This document shows positions 1-9,055 of a stretch of DNA of 64,000 bases, in pieces. A program made the translations under genes and the position numbers. Source of the stretch: Clostridia bacterium (GTDB lineage: Bacteria; Bacillota; Clostridia; UMGS1883); the NCBI GenBank assembly GCA_017472685.1, contig JAFUOO010000004.1, forward strand, positions 158,903-222,902. Direction: 5' to 3'. A model generated the notes under the pieces. That model was not told where the DNA came from and ran no database searches. It saw only the letters and a list, made by a program, of their open reading frames with translations. Numbering within the stretch: position 1 is the stretch's first letter; each line of letters begins with the position of its first letter.

Positions 1-1649
1 AAAGCGGTGCCTATAACGTGTCGGCGACAGCCTTTTCAAAGGCAATGGCAAAATATGCCCGTATCGGCGTTAAGTTTGTAGGCGGCTGCTGCGGCACAAC
101 GCCTGAGTACATAAGGTGCCTTAAGGGCGAATTTGCCTCTCTTGAAAGGCACAAGGACGAGCGCAAAATTGAAAGCGTTGTGTGCTCGGCGGCAGATACA
201 GTTGTTATCGACTCTGTAAAGGTTATCGGCGAGCGCATTAACCCCACGGGTAAAAAGGTGCTTCGTGAAGCCTTGAAGAATAATGATATGGACTATATTC
301 TGGCAACTGCTGTTTCACAGACGGAGGCGGGCAGTGACATACTTGATGTGAACGTTGGTGCACCCGGCGTTGACGAGGTAGCCATGATGGCAAAGTGTGT
401 AAAGGCAATCCAGAGTGTAACAAGCCTGCCCTTGCAGATTGACTCAACTCTTCCCGAGGCTATTGAAGCAGGCCTAAGGGTGTATAACGGCAAGGCAATT
501 GTCAATTCCGTTAACGGCGAGGATAAGGTCCTTGATGCCATTTTACCCATTGTAAAAAAATACGGCGCCGCCACTGTGGCGCTTACGCTTGATGAAAACG
601 GCATACCCGCATCCTGGCAGGAGAGAGTTGCAATTGCAAAGAAAATTCTCAAAAGAGCGCAGGAGTACGGCATTCCCAAGGAAGACGTTTTTGTGGACAC
701 ACTGACACTTACAGTATCCACCGAGCAGGACGGAATGTATGAAACCTTAAAGGCGCTTAAGTACATAAAAAATGAAATGGGCTTGAAAACCGTGCTGGGC
801 GTGTCAAACATTTCCTTTGGTCTGCCACAGCGTCAGAAGGTTAACTGTGCATTTTTAACCCTTGCGTTGGAATACGGGCTTACAATGCCAATCCTTAACC
901 CCGGCGACGAGGCTATGATGGGGGCTGTGTATGCATACGGCGCACTGTCGGGTGCCGATAAGGGCTGCAGGATATATACCGAAAAAATGGCAGACGTAAA
1001 ACCCGAAGCAAAGGCAGACGAAAAAGCCGAAACCGTTGAAAGTGCCATTTTAAAAGGACTTAAGGGCGAAGCGGCAAAAAAATGCGAGGAGCTGCTCACT
1101 CTGAAGGATGAGCTAAGTGTTGTAAACGGGCATCTTATCCCGGCACTTGACATCGCAGGGGAGAAGTTCGAAAAGGGCGAGTTCTTCCTGCCTCAGCTTT
1201 TAGGCGCGGCAAATGCTGCAAAGGAAGCCTTCGATGTAATTAAAAAGTCATTGCAGTCAAAGGGCGACGGCGGCGTTAAAAAGGGCAAAATTGTTCTTGC
1301 CACCGTAAAGGGCGACATTCACGATATTGGCAAAAATATAGTAAAGGTTATACTCGAAAACTACGGCTATGAGGTTATTGACCTGGGTAAGGATGTAAAG
1401 GCTGAGGATGTTCTGGAATGTGTGAAAAGGGAAAAGGTAAAGCTTGTGGGTCTTTCGGCACTCATGACAACAACCCTTAAAAGCATGGAGGACACCGTGC
1501 ATCTTATCCGTGAAAGCGGTGTTGAAACTGCAATTATGTGTGGCGGCGCCGTGCTGACGGAGGACTACGCAAAGTCAATCGGAGCAGACTATTATGCACG
1601 CGATGCAAAACAATCTGCCGACATTGCAAAAGCAGTATTGGGTACTTGA
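1..1649 (+). CDS. metH: Cobalamin-dependent methionine synthase, 3' part (end of Hcy domain, pterin-binding and B12-binding domains). The 5' end lies outside the window and there is no AdoMet-activation domain.
   Basis: Reading frame is open from the window edge. A TIM-barrel pterin-binding region is followed by the B12-binding DxHxxG motif (GDIHDIGKNIV) and an SALMTTT-type segment. The gene ends at 1649. Confidence 0.8.
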   Translation, partial: SGAYNVSATAFSKAMAKYARIGVKFVGGCCGTTPEYIRCLKGEFASLERHKDERKIESVVCSAADTVVIDSVKVIGERINPTGKKVLREALKNNDMDYILATAVSQTEAGSDILDVNVGAPGVDEVAMMAKCVKAIQSVTSLPLQIDSTLPEAIEAGLRVYNGKAIVNSVNGEDKVLDAILPIVKKYGAATVALTLDENGIPASWQERVAIAKKILKRAQEYGIPKEDVFVDTLTLTVSTEQDGMYETLKALKYIKNEMGLKTVLGVSNISFGLPQRQKVNCAFLTLALEYGLTMPILNPGDEAMMGAVYAYGALSGADKGCRIYTEKMADVKPEAKADEKAETVESAILKGLKGEAAKKCEELLTLKDELSVVNGHLIPALDIAGEKFEKGEFFLPQLLGAANAAKEAFDVIKKSLQSKGDGGVKKGKIVLATVKGDIHDIGKNIVKVILENYGYEVIDLGKDVKAEDVLECVKREKVKLVGLSALMTTTLKSMEDTVHLIRESGVETAIMCGGAVLTEDYAKSIGADYYARDAKQSADIAKAVLGT

Positions 1650-1719
1650 CTAAAATGCAAAAAAGTATTATTATATAATTATGATGACATGAAAAAAGTT
1701 TGATTTGGAGGGATGTCTG

Positions 1720-3930
1720 ATGACAAACAGATTTAAAAAAGTTGCATCCTATTTATTGGTTGCTGTTATGATTATTGCCCTTCTTGCCGCATGCACAAAC
1801 AGTGAGGGTGAACTTGAAAATGCTGTTGACACCATTTATATCGGTCACCACTACATGCAGGAGGACGACCCCAACTGGGTAAGTGAAATCACAGGCGAAG
1901 GCGTAATGGACCCTGTTAAGCAGAGAGCAGCCCTTGCCGCACTTGCAACAGTAAAGGAAAAGCTCGGCGTTGACATCAAATGGAAGAACTGGCCCAGCAG
2001 CGTTACACAGGACTGCTTGCAGACAGTTCTTGCAGGCGACCCCTATTGCCATATTGCTGTTTTGTCCAACGGCTTCCAGGGCAGAGTAATGGTACAGAAC
2101 GTTCTTCAGCCTCTTGACGAATATATGGACATTTTCGCTCCTGAGGACTATCAGTGGCTCACAATGAGTAAAACCTTCGGTCACTACTATCTTCTCAACC
2201 GTGACCTTTTATACATAACAGACTGGCCTATTGTTTACAATGCAACAATGCTTGACGCCATTCCCGAATTCAAGGAAGCTGACGGCACAACCCTTTATCC
2301 TGCCGAAATGTATGAGCGCGGCGACTGGACATGGAGCAGGTTCCGTTGGTATCTTGAAACAATCCAGAAATACTATGCGGGTAAGAAGGCACCTTCCGGT
2401 ACAGATATAGTTCCTTTCGACGCAAGATATTACTACACAGCCATTCAGGCTGTTCACTCCAGCGGCGGTTATATATATGACGGTGAAGGCATGAACTTTA
2501 CTTCACCTGAGGCTGTTGAAGGTGCAGAATACCTTTCAGACCTTATAGAAGACAGCCTTGTAGACTGCTGTGTAGCTGAATACGGTAAGAGCAATGGCTG
2601 CGGTTACCTTCAGTCGGTAGAAGCCTTTGCGCGTGGCGAATGCGTATTCACAAACTGTGCAAGATGGAAGATGGGCTCTTCCTCCACAGCACTGGCAGAA
2701 CGTGGCGAAAGTATGGGTATCATTTTCTTCCCCCGTCCCGACAATGTGCCCTTCAAGGAATACAACAACGATGTCCACATGGACAAAGACTATAAGTACA
2801 ACATTGCAATTTCCTGTGCCGACAGCGTGGGTCTTCTCCGTGGTCACGACAAGGACGTAAGCCGTCTTGCACTTGAAGCTTATGCAATGTACAGAACAGA
2901 GTTCTACAAGAACTACGGCGGAGTTGAAACTATTGCCGAATATCGCGAAACAATGGCAGCAAATGAAGCCGTTGCATTCGGTATCGATATCTTCCACGAA
3001 GAAATCGGTGACAAGAACCTTGAAATCTTCAAGATGTTAGGCTCCTTGAAAGAAAACGAATTCTGCGAAGGTATGAACATTCACGAAAAATGGGGCGTAA
3101 ATATTTTCGGTAAGGCTGCATTTGCTGTACCCGGTGCTTCAAAGTATCCCGTATATGTAAAGGCTAATGAAAATATTGTAACAGATGCCCTTAATAATAT
3201 CCAGAACGCTCTTAAGGGCGACGGTGCTGTTGACACAACACTTCCCGGCGTTTCCCAGGCAAATAGCGGTATTATCGTTTTCAAGCAGGGAACAGACCCC
3301 CGCACTATTAACTGGGGCTCCATGTTTACAGCAAACGATAACGTTGACGGTGCATACGAAATCAAGCAGGAAGAATACGAAGGCACAGACGCTGAAGGCA
3401 AAACTGTTACAATGTACGGCGATATTTTAATTAAGCCTTCCGTTGCAATGGAAGACGAAAACGGCGAAGAAATAGAGCCCGAATTCGTTGCCGACAGAAT
3501 GTTCATTGAATACGAATACAAGGAAACAGTAAACGACGACGGCACAACAAGCTCTACAGGTATCGACTTTAATAAGGTTGGTAAGTACGACAAGGGTGTT
3601 ATCGTAAAGGTTACTGACTCTCAGGGCAATACAAGAGAGGCTACCTACACTGCATATATCTACGACCAGAACGGTACCAAGGCACCCTCCCTTAAGATTA
3701 AGGAGGAATACGGCACAGTAGCATTGAATGCCGATACATCCACAGTCAAGTGGGCAGATCTGTTCGTTGAAGAAGCCTTTGACGAAAACGGCATTGACCT
3801 TAAGACAATGGTTTCTGCAGACGTTTCCGAGCTTGATGTTACCATTGCAGGCACATACAACGTAACAATTTTCGTTGAAGACTTTGCAGGCAACACAAGC
3901 AGCCAGACAATACCCGTAGAGGTAAAATAA
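1720..3930 (+). CDS. Large secreted lipoprotein, possibly extracellular solute-binding-like, with a C-terminal beta-rich extension.
   Basis: GGAGGG RBS lies 7 nt upstream of the ATG at 1720. Signal peptide plus lipobox (LLAAC). The ORF is long and uninterrupted. Confidence 0.5.
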   Translation: MTNRFKKVASYLLVAVMIIALLAACTNSEGELENAVDTIYIGHHYMQEDDPNWVSEITGEGVMDPVKQRAALAALATVKEKLGVDIKWKNWPSSVTQDCLQTVLAGDPYCHIAVLSNGFQGRVMVQNVLQPLDEYMDIFAPEDYQWLTMSKTFGHYYLLNRDLLYITDWPIVYNATMLDAIPEFKEADGTTLYPAEMYERGDWTWSRFRWYLETIQKYYAGKKAPSGTDIVPFDARYYYTAIQAVHSSGGYIYDGEGMNFTSPEAVEGAEYLSDLIEDSLVDCCVAEYGKSNGCGYLQSVEAFARGECVFTNCARWKMGSSSTALAERGESMGIIFFPRPDNVPFKEYNNDVHMDKDYKYNIAISCADSVGLLRGHDKDVSRLALEAYAMYRTEFYKNYGGVETIAEYRETMAANEAVAFGIDIFHEEIGDKNLEIFKMLGSLKENEFCEGMNIHEKWGVNIFGKAAFAVPGASKYPVYVKANENIVTDALNNIQNALKGDGAVDTTLPGVSQANSGIIVFKQGTDPRTINWGSMFTANDNVDGAYEIKQEEYEGTDAEGKTVTMYGDILIKPSVAMEDENGEEIEPEFVADRMFIEYEYKETVNDDGTTSSTGIDFNKVGKYDKGVIVKVTDSQGNTREATYTAYIYDQNGTKAPSLKIKEEYGTVALNADTSTVKWADLFVEEAFDENGIDLKTMVSADVSELDVTIAGTYNVTIFVEDFAGNTSSQTIPVEVK

Positions 3931-3945
3931 CCATAAAAAATTTAA

Positions 3946-3973
3946 GGCATCCGCAACATTGCGGGTGCCTTTC
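3946..3973 (+). terminator. Rho-independent terminator after the lipoprotein gene.
   Basis: Hairpin ggcatccgcaa-cat-ttgcgggtgcc followed by a T-run. Confidence 0.5.
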
Positions 3974-4045
3974 TGCAGTGAAAATAGCTTAAATAAGGGA
4001 TATTTTTAACCCACTAAAAAAGTTGAAAAAAATTCAAAAAAAGTG

Positions 4046-4074
4046 TTGACAAATCCCTTTTAGGTGTGTATAAT
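4046..4074 (+). promoter_or_regulatory. Consensus sigma-A promoter for the tRNA-Thr/tRNA-Lys operon.
   Basis: TTGACA, a 17-nt spacer, then TATAAT. It sits about 30 nt upstream of tRNA-Thr. Confidence 0.6.
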
Positions 4075-4106
4075 AACTATTGTTGTGAGTGACCACTAAC
4101 AGAAAC

Positions 4107-4182
4107 GCTGCCTTAGCTCAGCAGGCAGAGCACTTCCTTGGTAAGGAAGAGGTCGGCAGTTCGAATCTGCTAGGCAGCTCCA
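4107..4182 (+). tRNA. tRNA-Thr, anticodon GGT.
   Basis: Cloverleaf with 7-bp acceptor GCTGCCT/AGGCAGC, D-arm GCTCAGCAGGCAGAGC and anticodon loop TTGGTAA. T-arm is GGTCGGCAGTTCGAATCTGC. CCA is encoded. Confidence 0.85.
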
Positions 4183-4190
4183 ATTTTATG

Positions 4191-4265
4191 GACCATTAGC
4201 TCAGTTGGTAGAGCACCTGACTCTTAATCAGGGTGTCCCGGGTTCGAGTCCCTGATGGTCCACCA
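4191..4265 (+). tRNA. tRNA-Lys, anticodon CTT.
   Basis: Acceptor GGACCAT/ATGGTCC, D-arm GCTCAGTTGGTAGAGC, anticodon stem CCTGA/TCAGG with loop CTCTTAA. T-arm is GGGTTCGAGTCCC. CCA is encoded. Confidence 0.85.
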
Positions 4266-4680
4266 AAAAAAGGACAAGTTTCGAAAGGAACTTGTTCTTT
4301 TTTACTTATTACTTATTCACTCTTCACTATTCCCAAAATGTTTTTTTGTTGTCCCTTCTGGGCTACGCTCCGACGGGCTCAGCCATCGCCTTCATAAGGC
4401 TCGGCTTCACCTCGCAGGGACTCCTCGCTAAAAACAGTCCACCGGACTGTTTTCTTAACGCTCAGACTGATGGTCCACCAAAAAAAAAGACAAGTTTCGA
4501 AAGGAACTTGTTCTTTTTTACTTATTACTTATTCACTCTTCACTATTCCCTAAATGTTTTTTTTGTCCCTCCTGCGCTACGCTCCGACGGGCTCAGCCAT
4601 CGCCTTCATAAGGCTCGGCTTCACCTCGCAGGGACTCCTCGTTAAAACGACTTACTGTAAAGTAGGTCGTTTTTCTTAAT
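4252..4680 (+). repeat. Two tandem copies of a roughly 215-bp unit (4252-4466 and 4467-4680). Each begins with the 14-nt tRNA-Lys 3' end ctgatggtccacca.
   Basis: The two units are near-identical. Each has a terminator-like hairpin (gacaagtt-tcgaaagg-aacttgtc plus a T-run), an AT-rich stretch, and a GC-rich block of about 70 nt (ggctacgctccgacgggctcagccatcgccttcataaggctcggcttcacctcgcagggactcc). The 3' ends diverge but both end in a hairpin plus T-run. Confidence 0.8.
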
Positions 4681-4895
4681 TTCTGTATTCTGCTATTTTT
4701 TTGCCTTTTGACAGCTAAATGACTTTTTTAAAAAGATTATACTCACCGACCTTTAGTGGCTCGGTGAGGATTCGTTTAGTTTATTTTTTGAAACGATAAA
4801 TGTGGGGAAATGTGTTGAAAAGCTAAGAAAAATATGATATGTTAATCAAAAGGTGACTGTTTGCTGAAATATCGATGAAGGAGGTTGAGAAAAGA

Positions 4896-5642
4896 ATGTC
4901 AAATTATCTTGGATTTGATGCAGTCGACTGTGAAAAATTTTATTTTGCAAGTTATAATACGGAAGATAAAGAGCGGGTCGCCAAATATGCTAAAGAGCTT
5001 TCAGAATATGTATCGGTTTGGTATGATTATGGAATCAAAGCGGGATGTGAGTGGGAGAAAGAAATAAATGAGCATATTAAGAGCTGTGAATCACTTATTA
5101 TATTTATAACAAATAACATTTTTTCGAAAGAAGATTCGTATGTGCGAACGGAATATGATATAGCTAAATTTTATAAAAAGCCTATTTATATTGTGTTTCT
5201 TGATGAAATAAATGAATCTTTATTTCCAACTGAATATGTTGCCTGGTGGGTAAAAATGTGTCGTTTACAGGGCGTTAAAAGATCTGACTATTTGGACTAT
5301 AAAGATTGTATTAAAGCTTTAGTAAGAGATATTGGTTGCGAAAACAATAGTAATTCAACTGAAAATGTGAGAATTATCGAATATGATGATGGTATTTTCA
5401 ATGGTGAAGTCGTAAATGAAAAGAAACATGGAAAAGGTCGTTATGAGTTTAAAAACGGAGATGTGTACGAAGGCGAATTTCAAAATGATAAAATGCATGG
5501 TTATGGAAAATATGTTTGGATGAATGGAGATGTATATGAAGGTGAATTTCAGAACGGAATGCGAGATGGAATAGGGAAAACTACATACATAAGCGGAGAT
5601 GTGTACGAGGGAAGATATCAAAACGGCAAAAAAGTGAAGTAG
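4896..5642 (+). CDS. TIR-domain protein with C-terminal MORN repeats.
   Basis: The N-terminus has a TIR-like pattern (FYFASYNTEDKE ... W.DYG ... IIFIT.N...S..V..E). The C-terminus has three or more MORN repeats (GDVYEGEFQNgxxhGxGk). RBS GAAGGAGG is upstream. An alternative start lies at 4875. Confidence 0.6.
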   Translation: MSNYLGFDAVDCEKFYFASYNTEDKERVAKYAKELSEYVSVWYDYGIKAGCEWEKEINEHIKSCESLIIFITNNIFSKEDSYVRTEYDIAKFYKKPIYIVFLDEINESLFPTEYVAWWVKMCRLQGVKRSDYLDYKDCIKALVRDIGCENNSNSTENVRIIEYDDGIFNGEVVNEKKHGKGRYEFKNGDVYEGEFQNDKMHGYGKYVWMNGDVYEGEFQNGMRDGIGKTTYISGDVYEGRYQNGKKVK

Positions 5643-5706
5643 TTATCCACCAAACATGTGTAACTGTTGAAATATTGAAAGTAATCATTTAATATAATAG
5701 GCATAA

Positions 5707-5745
5707 AAAATCTGCAGGCTAAAATTGGTCTGCAGATTTAATCTT
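5707..5745. terminator. Bidirectional rho-independent terminator between convergent genes.
   Basis: Hairpin aaatctgcag...ctgcagattt flanked by A and T runs. Confidence 0.5.
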
Positions 5746-5897
5746 TATCGGAAAGTTATACTGTTTTATCTAACAGGTTTTGATGAAGTCTGTTAGCAGC
5801 TAATTGCTTTTGTTGGCATTTTCGCTTCTACGTTTTTTCGAGTAGTAGCACGTTTCGTATTTAGTAAAAACGGTGGGTTATACTAAATCAACTAAGG

Positions 5898-6575
5898 TTA
5901 AACGTAAAACTCTTCTAACGTATTTAAACAGATGCAACCAAGTGTATAGCCATATATTGCGCCACAATCTATGGCTATATGATTGTTTTTTGAGTATATC
6001 CTGCCATGATAGTTTTTATCAATTGTGAAAGTAGGAGTATGACCTGTGACCAGTATTTTGTCATCAAAATAAGCTTTTTGATAGTTGCATCTGCCACATA
6101 TAATATCTTCAGTGCTGTAATCGCTTAATTTTTTATCCTGAGAAAAATTGGAAAGGCCGGCATGAACAAGAACAAATTCTTTTTCTTCAAGCTTTATGAT
6201 TTCATATAAAGAAAAGGTTTCTAAGTAGTCTAAAATTCGTTTTCTTTTGGAGTAGTTCTGAAGGATAAAGTCTTTTTTAGTAGCATTTCCACCGTTGACC
6301 ATCCATTCCTGCCATAGCTTCATAGTTGTATGGTCCAAATTCTCTTCAGCATTTAGCTTTGTTAAAACAGGGAGCGCCATTAGTTCATGATTTCCGCGAA
6401 GTGGAATGATGTTGGGTCGAGTCATCATATCTAATAATATTTTAATGCCCCCTTCGCCTCGATCTATTACATCACCCAAGATATACAGCTTGTCGTTACA
6501 ATTTAAGTTGATTTTTTCAAGCATTGTCCTGTATTCGTCATAACAACCATGCAAGTCGGACATCACATATATCAT
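5898..6575 (-). CDS. Calcineurin-like metallophosphatase, PPP-family Ser/Thr phosphatase or ApaH-like.
   Basis: Motifs DLHG, GDVIDRG and GNHE are present. It is the last gene of the minus-strand operon. Confidence 0.75.
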   Translation of the reverse strand: MIYVMSDLHGCYDEYRTMLEKINLNCNDKLYILGDVIDRGEGGIKILLDMMTRPNIIPLRGNHELMALPVLTKLNAEENLDHTTMKLWQEWMVNGGNATKKDFILQNYSKRKRILDYLETFSLYEIIKLEEKEFVLVHAGLSNFSQDKKLSDYSTEDIICGRCNYQKAYFDDKILVTGHTPTFTIDKNYHGRIYSKNNHIAIDCGAIYGYTLGCICLNTLEEFYV

Positions 6576-6590
6576 CTTTGTATACTACCT

Positions 6591-6911
6591 TTATAACTTC
6601 CTTCTTTTTATTTCCTTATGAGTGGCTTCATGAAGCATAACAACGTCAGAATAACTATGGCAACCATAATCAACATTTTTGCAAATGTTGGTTGCGTAAC
6701 AGGCATTGAACTTTTCTGCAGTTAAATCGCGTAAGAAAAGAGTGGTTGTCAGATCCATGAACATTTTATCTAAATCTTCGTTGCTCATATTAGGCAGACC
6801 GGATAAGAATGTGTCTACAGTGGTTTTGTTTATAGGTGTTTCAGTTTTTTTGCGCGATAAGAAAAAAACTATAGCCACTGCAATAAGAATTATAATTATA
6901 AAAGTAGTCAT
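6591..6911 (-). CDS. Small membrane protein, single N-terminal TM helix.
   Basis: ACGGAGGA RBS. The first roughly 20 residues are hydrophobic (TTFIIIILIAVAIVFFL). It is tightly packed within the operon. Confidence 0.4.
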   Translation of the reverse strand: MTTFIIIILIAVAIVFFLSRKKTETPINKTTVDTFLSGLPNMSNEDLDKMFMDLTTTLFLRDLTAEKFNACYATNICKNVDYGCHSYSDVVMLHEATHKEIKRRKL

Positions 6912-6963
6912 ATTTAATCCTCCGTTATCAAAATGCAGATTTTAAAAAATGTAAAGTCGTAAA

Positions 6964-7152
6964 TTATTCCTTTTCGTAATAAAAACAACCGTTTCTGTCA
7001 CTGGGTTTATTATAACCCCCGTAATCTCCCTCGCAACGAACTCTACCATCCTTATCTCTGTCGCGATAGTTTGCGTATATACAATCTGAACAATTGCCTT
7101 CAAAATGCCCCATAGGGAGTTCGATTCTTTCAATTTTTGTTGTGTTTGTCAT
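6964..7152 (-). CDS. Small Cys-containing protein of 62 aa, possibly a Zn-binding ribbon.
   Basis: Strong GGAGG RBS 8 nt upstream of the ATG at 7152. It contains CxxC (GNCSDC) plus two further Cys (RCEG...NGCFYY). The longer ORF in the track starts with a non-ATG codon. Confidence 0.4.
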   Translation of the reverse strand: MTNTTKIERIELPMGHFEGNCSDCIYANYRDRDKDGRVRCEGDYGGYNKPSDRNGCFYYEKE

Positions 7153-7175
7153 AATAAATACCTCCGTTTTGTTTG

Positions 7176-7604
7176 TTAAATAATTTCTAAAGCGTCTTGT
7201 GTAAGTTGGATGTCCAAATCTGCCCTGATTGCTTTGTAGCATATTAACTCTCGGTTCGGAAGAACAAATATAGGAAAATATAGTTCTGTTATACTATCGG
7301 GCATTGCATGCATAATATTGATTATGTATTCTTTATCGGCAGCAGATGGCGTTTTAATACCAAAAAAGTGTGAATGAAAAACTCCTTTAAAATGCTTCCC
7401 GTTTGATTGCCAATTTGATATACATGTGTTAAGGAATGTTACATTTGGAGAATAGGCACAAGTGTATGTCGTTTCCGATGGAATATCTAACACGATATCT
7501 GTAATGACATCTCCATCATTACTTCCTAATATGCCACCTGTTTCAGGGGGACTGGCACGAATTAAAGAGTTAAGATGATTGTACGCAACAGTTGAAATTT
7601 TCAT
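7176..7604 (-). CDS. JAB/MPN (JAMM) metalloprotease-domain protein.
   Basis: Complete JAMM motif: a Glu upstream (PPETGGILG) and H-x-H-x7-S-x2-D (HSHFFGIKTPSAAD). AAGGAGG RBS precedes the ATG at 7604. The track start at 7610 is TTG. Confidence 0.65.
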   Translation of the reverse strand: MKISTVAYNHLNSLIRASPPETGGILGSNDGDVITDIVLDIPSETTYTCAYSPNVTFLNTCISNWQSNGKHFKGVFHSHFFGIKTPSAADKEYIINIMHAMPDSITELYFPIFVLPNRELICYKAIRADLDIQLTQDALEII

Positions 7605-7777
7605 ATTCAATTATCCTCCTTGAAAAAAATGACAGCTCGTATTGAGTACATCTTTATTATACACATGATAAATATATGAGATTTTGGGGTGAAAGAAATA
7701 TGAGAGTGTTTATGAACTGCCTCTTACGATGTAACGTTGAAATTGTTTCTAAGAGGCAGTTCATTGAAACCGATCGC

Positions 7778-8746
7778 TTATCTGTTAGGGAGATAGTCGT
7801 AAGGATTTAAGGTGGGATTATTTATATTTCCATAACTCTTTTGACTATTACGAACTTCGTAATGAAGGTGAGGACCTGTACTATTGCCTGTAGACCCCAC
7901 AGTTCCTATCTGCTGACCTGCTGTTACATAATCACCTGCTTTGACACTGTAGCTATTGAGATGAGCGTAATATATATATACGGTTTTACTGTTAACGTTA
8001 CATTTAATAATGACATGTTTGCCATAGCTAGTCGTCAATGTTCTGGCAGTGTCCACAACTCCGCTGTATGTTGCGTAAACAGGAGTACCTTTAGAAGCGG
8101 AAATATCAGTGCCACTATGATACTTTCCGGAACTGTTATAACGAGGCCAATTCTTCTGATCTGTGCCACCATTGCCGCCAACAGGCCATACTTTTGTTTT
8201 GCTTGAGTTATTTGATGATGAATTGTTATTAGAGAGGTCTTCTGCAAAGGCTAATTTGTAGCCACGCTTGTTTGATTTTGCTTCATATATAGTATTGTAG
8301 TACTTACCTGACAGAACATATACTTTATCGCCGACACAATAGTATCCTGTTTTGCCGCCGCCGTTGTACTTATATGTTGTAACCTTCTTGTTTGCAGTGA
8401 AGGATGAAGAAGGAGAAATATTACCACCAAGCAAGTCGCTTGTACGAATGTAGCCTTCTCTGTGGGAGTTGCCTACGGGATAGGAAAGGTAGATGTATTT
8501 AGAAGTTATTTTATAGATGTAGCAAATATCACCTTTCTCTATATAGGCATTGTATTCTTTTGACGGACTGCTTGTACCTCTGGTATTGGTATTAGAAGAA
8601 GTATAAACGTTTAATTTTTTTACGGCAGTAAATTCGCAGTAGTTGCTTTTAGATAATGATGGGTAACTTGCGGCAGATGCACTTATACTAAGAAGAGAGA
8701 ACGCCATAATGATAGTTAATACAATTGAAATTATTCTTTTTGTCAT
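7778..8746 (-). CDS. Secreted SH3-like plus M23 (lysostaphin-like) peptidase. Paralog of 30764-31768.
   Basis: Signal peptide (MTKRIISIVLTIIMAFSLLSISASA) and two SH3-like modules. The M23 catalytic signature is HxxxD ... HLHYE. There is a low-complexity Ser/Asn linker. Confidence 0.7.
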   Translation of the reverse strand: MTKRIISIVLTIIMAFSLLSISASAASYPSLSKSNYCEFTAVKKLNVYTSSNTNTRGTSSPSKEYNAYIEKGDICYIYKITSKYIYLSYPVGNSHREGYIRTSDLLGGNISPSSSFTANKKVTTYKYNGGGKTGYYCVGDKVYVLSGKYYNTIYEAKSNKRGYKLAFAEDLSNNNSSSNNSSKTKVWPVGGNGGTDQKNWPRYNSSGKYHSGTDISASKGTPVYATYSGVVDTARTLTTSYGKHVIIKCNVNSKTVYIYYAHLNSYSVKAGDYVTAGQQIGTVGSTGNSTGPHLHYEVRNSQKSYGNINNPTLNPYDYLPNR

Positions 8747-9055
8747 AATTGTTAATCCTTTCTGTTTTAAATATTTATATTGAGACTGTAAAAGGAGTTC
8801 AGCAACACCTCCTTTAATAAAAGTTTTAAGAATTGATTCAAGAACTGTCATATTTTATACCTGACTTGAATAATAACCTTAACTTAATTAATGTTTTTGA
8901 CTGAGTAAATAAATGTGTTGGAACTTTGTTCATAATGAACCTCCTTAAGACTTAATGTTTCAATGTCAGTTGACACTTATATATATACCACGGGATGAAA
9001 AATAGAAAAAATGGGGGTGATAATTTGGTAGAGGTGTATTCAAAGAAGAACTTAA

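Noticed and set aside
293-1153. Several minus-strand ORFs inside metH.
   Set aside because: They are antisense to a well-supported conserved gene.
4292-4645. 117-aa plus-strand ORF spanning the tandem 215-bp repeats.
   Set aside because: It reads through duplicated terminator hairpins and repeat units. It has no RBS and is an artefact of the repeat.
8230-8290. Low-complexity Ser/Asn-coding stretch (NNNSSSNNSSK) in the first SH3-M23 gene.
   Set aside because: It is an inter-domain linker within a coding region, not a repeat element.
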